Assembly: GCF_009914755.1 (NCBI RefSeq)
Contig: NC_060927.1
DNA: 64,000 nt
Source: the human T2T-CHM13v2.0 reference genome, Homo sapiens
Strand: one strand, 5' to 3'
Both the position numbers and the translations under genes were made by a program. The notes under the pieces are model-generated. The model was not told where the DNA came from. It saw only the letters and a list, made by a program, of their open reading frames with translations, and did not search any database. The first letter of the stretch is position 1; the number at the start of each line of letters is the position of its first letter. Below are positions 59,546-64,000 of this stretch, one piece after another.

Positions 59546-59840
59546 GGCCGGGCACGGTGGCTCACGCCTGCAATCCCAGCACTTTGGGAGGCCGAGGCGG
59601 GCAGATCACCTGAGGTCGGGAGTTCGAGACCACCCTGATCAAAACAGAGAAACCCCATCTCTACTAAAAATACAAAATTAGCTGGGCGTGGTGGCACATG
59701 CCTGTAATACCAGCTACTCAGGAGACTGAGGCAGGAGAATTGCTTGAACCTGGGAGGTGGAGGCTGCGGTGAGCCAAGATTGCACCACTGCACTCCAGCA
59801 TGGGCAACAAGAGCGAAACTCTGTCTCAAAAGAAAAAAAA
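59546..59840 (+). mobile_element. AluS (Sp/Sq-like)
   Basis: Alu consensus. Confidence 0.9.
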
Positions 59841-60252
59841 ATTGAAAATAAAAGAACAACCAAACAAAAGTAACAGGGCTTGACACCAGATGAGCCTGAA
59901 TCTAAGCAAGAAAAGCCCAGAAGAAATCCCATTTTGGGTCACTGGCTGCATGGTAGTAATACCATACACATAAGGGAAGAGAGGACGATGTGGCTTTCAC
60001 TTTGAATTTTTTGAGCTTAAGGTAACTTTTAGATAGCAACAAAGAAGCATTCAACAGAGAGTTAAACCTATGATGGAAAGACTAAAGAGGTCTAAGCTGT
60101 AGAGAAACAGGACTGCAAACCACAAAGGGCTGAATCAGTCAAGGAGAACTGCAGGGCGGGATGAACAGGGACCAACAGAACATTTGGATAAGCTGTTGAG
60201 AAGAAAGGAGAATTCAGAGAAAAAGAACTGTCAGTGAGGTCATAATAGGAAC

Positions 60253-60729
60253 TGTCACAGTGAACTAAATATGGCCTGGGAAGGACTCTGTAATTCTAGA
60301 TTTGAGTCCCTGTGGACAAACTGCAACCTAACTTAATAGGTAGAAAGACTGAAAACCTAACTTAAGAGTATGTGCCTGTAACAACAGCTGAGTCCTGGCC
60401 AATCCCAACAGCCAAACTTCTGCCACTCACACACTGCTGAGTGTTCAGCTGTGTTCAAATAAGGCAAATGCTAAGCACTGTAACCAGTCCAGTTGTTTCT
60501 GGACCTCACTGCTGAGAACTGTAATGGACCCAGTTGCTTCTGGACCTCACTCCTCACTTCAGATTTCTGTACATCACATTCCCTTTATTGTCTATAAATC
60601 TTCCACCATGTAGCTGTGCTGGAGTCTCACTGAATCTGCTGTGATTCTGGGGGCTGCCTGACTCCTGAATCATTCATTGCTCAATTAAGCTCCTTTAAAT
60701 TTAATTCAGCTGAAGATTTTCTTTTAATA
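60253..60729 (+). mobile_element. MER57B-type 5' LTR of an ERV1 provirus
   Basis: tgtcacagtgaactaaatatggcctgggaaggactc start; followed by a primer binding site and internal sequence. Confidence 0.75.
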
Positions 60730-60731
60730 GT

Positions 60732-60749
60732 TGGTGTCAGAAGTGGGAT
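60732..60749 (+). promoter_or_regulatory. Retroviral primer binding site, tRNA-Leu(CAA) type
   Basis: TGGTGTCAGAAGTGGGAT, 2 nt after the LTR end; complementary to the tRNA-Leu 3' end ...ATCCCACTTCTGACACCA. Confidence 0.8.
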
Positions 60750-60869
60750 CTGCCAGAGCAGGACTGCTAGGGCCTCCGGAGCGATAGTGTGGTGAGCAGG
60801 GTTGCTAGGGCTTCTAATGACCCCCAGGAGTGCTGAGGTACAAGCAAGGCACCTGCAAGGACCCCTTTG

Positions 60870-62116
60870 TGATGTCAGCAGGCGCCCAAGTGGAGCAGTC
60901 GCTACGGAGACACTGGCTGCAGTGGGGAGGAGTGGCTGGGGCTGTGCGCTCCTCGAAGCTGGTGGGAGCCAGGAACGGGTGGGAGCCCTGCCCCTTCTAA
61001 ATTGGCAGGCAGGAGCCCCACCCTCCCAGGCACAGCTGCAGCCATCCAGCCATGACTGCAGACCCGGGCATCTCTGCACTCTCAGAGGCCCAGCAAGCCC
61101 CCCTGCCCCTGCAGGCTCAGTCATACCTGGTCCTGCCACCTGGTGTCTCTCTGCTCCCAGAGCCCACTCCAAATTTGGATCCAAGTTGAGGCCAAACCCA
61201 GGCACAGTCGCAACCCGGCCCGGTGTGTGCAAGCTCAGGGCAGTGCTGACATGCCAGCCCCCTGTCACCTCGCCCCCCTCCAGACTTTGGGCACTGACGA
61301 GCACAGGAGGGAGGTTGAGGTGGGGCTAAGGATGGCTCAGCACTGGCCTGCAGGCACTCCTCAGCTCAAACAGCCTGGGCACTGTGGGCACAGCTACCCA
61401 CCATGGGTCTCCTCTCAGCTGCTGAGAGCTGAACAGACATTGGGATGACCTGACTGCAGAAAGGAGCTACCCCCTGCAGGTCTCCTCTGAGCTGTACTGT
61501 TGCTCAATAAAGCACCTCTTCACCTTGTCACCTTCTACTTGCCCACGTACCTCATTCTTCCTGGATGCAGGAGAAGAACTCGGGACCTGCCAACCAGCAG
61601 CGCTGAAAGAGGTGTAACATAAACAGGGCTGAAACGTGCCCCTTGCTTGCCAAATTGCAGGCAAGAAGGAGAGAAGAGCTGTGGCCCTTCAGGGAACCCA
61701 GACTTAGGAGCTCCCCAAGCCAGGGCTATGACACCTTCTTTGGGGCTCTGCAGTTCCTGCATCTCCAAGCTTCTGGGCACCACTGCATTCCCTGATACCC
61801 ACAGTGGAAGCTGTCTGCAGTCAGCCTGGTCCAGCTGCAGCCTCACAGGAAGCTGGCACCTGTGCCAGTGCCTGGAGCTGCCCACCCCACCACAGCTGGC
61901 ATGCTTGGCTGTGTGCAGTGGCCAGATCCCATGCTCGCTTGCTCACACACCCCTCACTGCTCTGTACCCAGCTCGCCCTTGGCAGGCGTGGGATCCAGAC
62001 AACTAGCATGAGCCGAGTGGACAGAACGAACCCAGTGGGCCTGAGCAAAACACAGGTAAAGGCGGCACCAGCCAGAGGTTTCAGGCAGAAAAGTGACACC
62101 CCAGGATTCAGTAACA
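60870..62116 (+). mobile_element. MER52-type GC-rich solo LTR nested in the provirus leader
   Basis: TG...gtaaCA termini, internal aataaa at 61506, 4-bp TSD tttg/cttg. Confidence 0.75.
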
Positions 62117-62120
62117 CTTG

Positions 62121-63870
62121 TGCCCTTTGACCTCTCAGAGCAGCTGGGGATTGTGGTAAATTCTCTCTCGGATTTCAGACCTCCATGGATTTGTGTTTTG
62201 AGCTGAGTTTCTTTGAGCAAATTTCTGTTCCAAATAGGCTTTAGAAGTTATAACAGAAACGGGACTGGGTCCAGGATCAGATTTGATCCAGTAGTTAACT
62301 GGCTTGAATCCAGTTCCAGTTAGAGGCCTCCTACATCTGATTGGGTCAGAAGGAAAGTGGAGTAAATGATAATATTGGAACGGTTGTAAAATTTGGCTTT
62401 TGAAAATTCACAGGGATTTTTGTGTTCTACCCCATTGTTTCATTTTTCTCGCATGCTTAGGTAGGAAAAAAAAAATCATTGGCTAAGTTAATCAAGGGAA
62501 CCTAGGAGTAAAGCCAATATTTTAGGTAAAAATAGGATCCTTAATTTCTGGAAAACTAAGTTCCTTCTGGCTAATACGTTAGGCCTGGGAAGCAGCAAAG
62601 TCTTACAGAAACGGCAAAATCTTACTAAAGATAACTTACAGTGGAACATTCCAAATGAATAATGCCCTGAAGTGCATTTAAAAATGAGGGCTCCCAAATT
62701 AGTCTCATCTAGGGATGCCTATTAATATGCAGAAGCTTCTAAAAAGATTTAGAGATGGCACGGCCCATCTGGGAGCAAGTTTGAGTCTTACCAGTTTGAT
62801 ACTGGGTGCCAAGCAAAGTGGCTCATATCTGTTTTGTCACATGTATTTTGCTCTGGACAGAATGAAAAATGTTAATTTGGTTACTCCAAGCAACCCCTTG
62901 AACAGCATCTTGCAAAGCTGAGTGGATTCTTCCTGTGGTTCCATGATTTTCCATTGTGATGCAGCTTGGCCCCCAGAGCTATAATGTGGTGAGGAGGGCG
63001 ACAGAGCAAGACGCTATCTTTAACAAAAAAAAATGGCCAGGCGCAGTGGCTTACACCTGTAATCCCAACACTTGGGGAGGCTGAGGCAGGTGGATCACCT
63101 GAGGTCAGGAGTTCAGGGCCAGCCTGACCAACAAGGAAAAACCCCATCTCTACTAAAAACACAAAATTAGCTGGGCATGGTGGTGCATGCCTCTAATCCC
63201 AGCTACTCAGGAGGCTGGGGCAGGAGAATCTCTTGAACCCAGGAGGCAGGGGGTTGCAGTGAACCAAGATCACACCATTGCACTCCAGCCTGGGCAACAA
63301 GAGGGAAAATCCATCTCAAAAAAAAATAATAATAATAGATTTGTCTATAAGGTTTTATGAAAAATTGGGTGACATTTGGCTTTCTCTCTTTAAAGAAGAT
63401 TTTCAGGTAATATTAAAAAATAATGAAAAATTTGTTTCCCTTGTAAATAAACTACCAAAAAAAAAAAAAAGGAAAAACAAGAGGCAGATTGTTTGGGAAG
63501 GTAAGTCTTCCCTCTATCAATGAGTAAAGATTTTTGCCCTTTAAAAATTTTTTAAGTCATGATTTTAGGTAAATGAATGACTTACGGTGACTTGGAATTC
63601 TATTTCATAACATCAAGTGTTTAAACCTTTAATATATTTAATAGGCTTCCCAAAATCAAATTTCAACTTCAAAACTGTCTTCTCTGACCTCTAACTTTGG
63701 GATGCTACAGAGGCCCCTGAAACACCCAAAAGAGAGGTAAACAGGACTATTTGACATGTTAAGTCACGTGGGAAGCACTGTCAAAATAAAAAATAATGTT
63801 GAACCTTCTTCAGGTTATATTTAGTGTATGTCATCAATCCATTCTAAAATTGTATAGAATTTCTAAAATT
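62121..63870 (+). mobile_element. MER57/MER4-group ERV internal sequence (non-coding), with an Alu insertion
   Basis: Continues the leader after the nested LTR; AT-rich internal sequence typical of the MER4 group. Confidence 0.6.
63034..63335 (+). mobile_element. AluS
   Basis: Alu consensus. Confidence 0.9.
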
Positions 63871-63875
63871 CTTGT

Positions 63876-64000
63876 GGTTTTTTTTTTTTTTTTTTTTTTT
63901 TTTCTGAGACAGAGTCTTGCTCTGTCACCCAGGCTGGAGTACAGTGGTGCGATCTCGGCTCACTGCAAGCTCCGCCTCCCGGGTTCACACCATTTTCCTG
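63876..64000 (-). mobile_element. AluY-like, continues past the window end
   Basis: Poly-T plus gcaagctccgcctcccgggttcacaccatt. Confidence 0.88.

Noticed and set aside
60681-62220. Several 100-200-aa ORFs and a CpG-island-like GC-rich region
   Set aside because: Mostly within a GC-rich MER52-type LTR; no recognisable domains.

Overview
Primate, almost certainly human, repeat-rich genomic DNA. It contains the 3' part of a minus-strand KRAB C2H2 zinc-finger gene that I recognise as ZNF717 (3p12.3) or a very close paralog: a tandemly duplicated KRAB-A exon (upstream copy has a TAG), a KRAB-B exon and a 2.46-kb finger exon whose array is split by a pair of compensating frameshifts. The annotated MIR4273 hairpin lies antisense in the finger exon. 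The rest is intronic or downstream sequence full of Alus, L1s, Tigger1, LTR13 (x2), MER11, MER4-, MER57-, MER52-type, THE1/MST and MLT1 LTRs, several TE-seeded tandem repeats and a ~5-kb 48-bp (CER/D22Z3-type) satellite array. Main observations: (1) 15.6-26.0 kb is an old direct duplicate of the gene's own intron (31.8-46.7 kb); (2) at the position where the intron carries the satellite, the duplicate has a single-copy L1/MaLR-LTR junction that aligns ungapped to the monomer, so the window appears to preserve both the seed and the amplified state of the 48-bp satellite; (3) an inverted L1PA inside the array appears to carry a 3' transduction that itself contains satellite monomers. Repeat family names and the gene and miRNA identifications come from recall of consensus sequences, not from database searches; repeat boundaries without a stated TSD are approximate.
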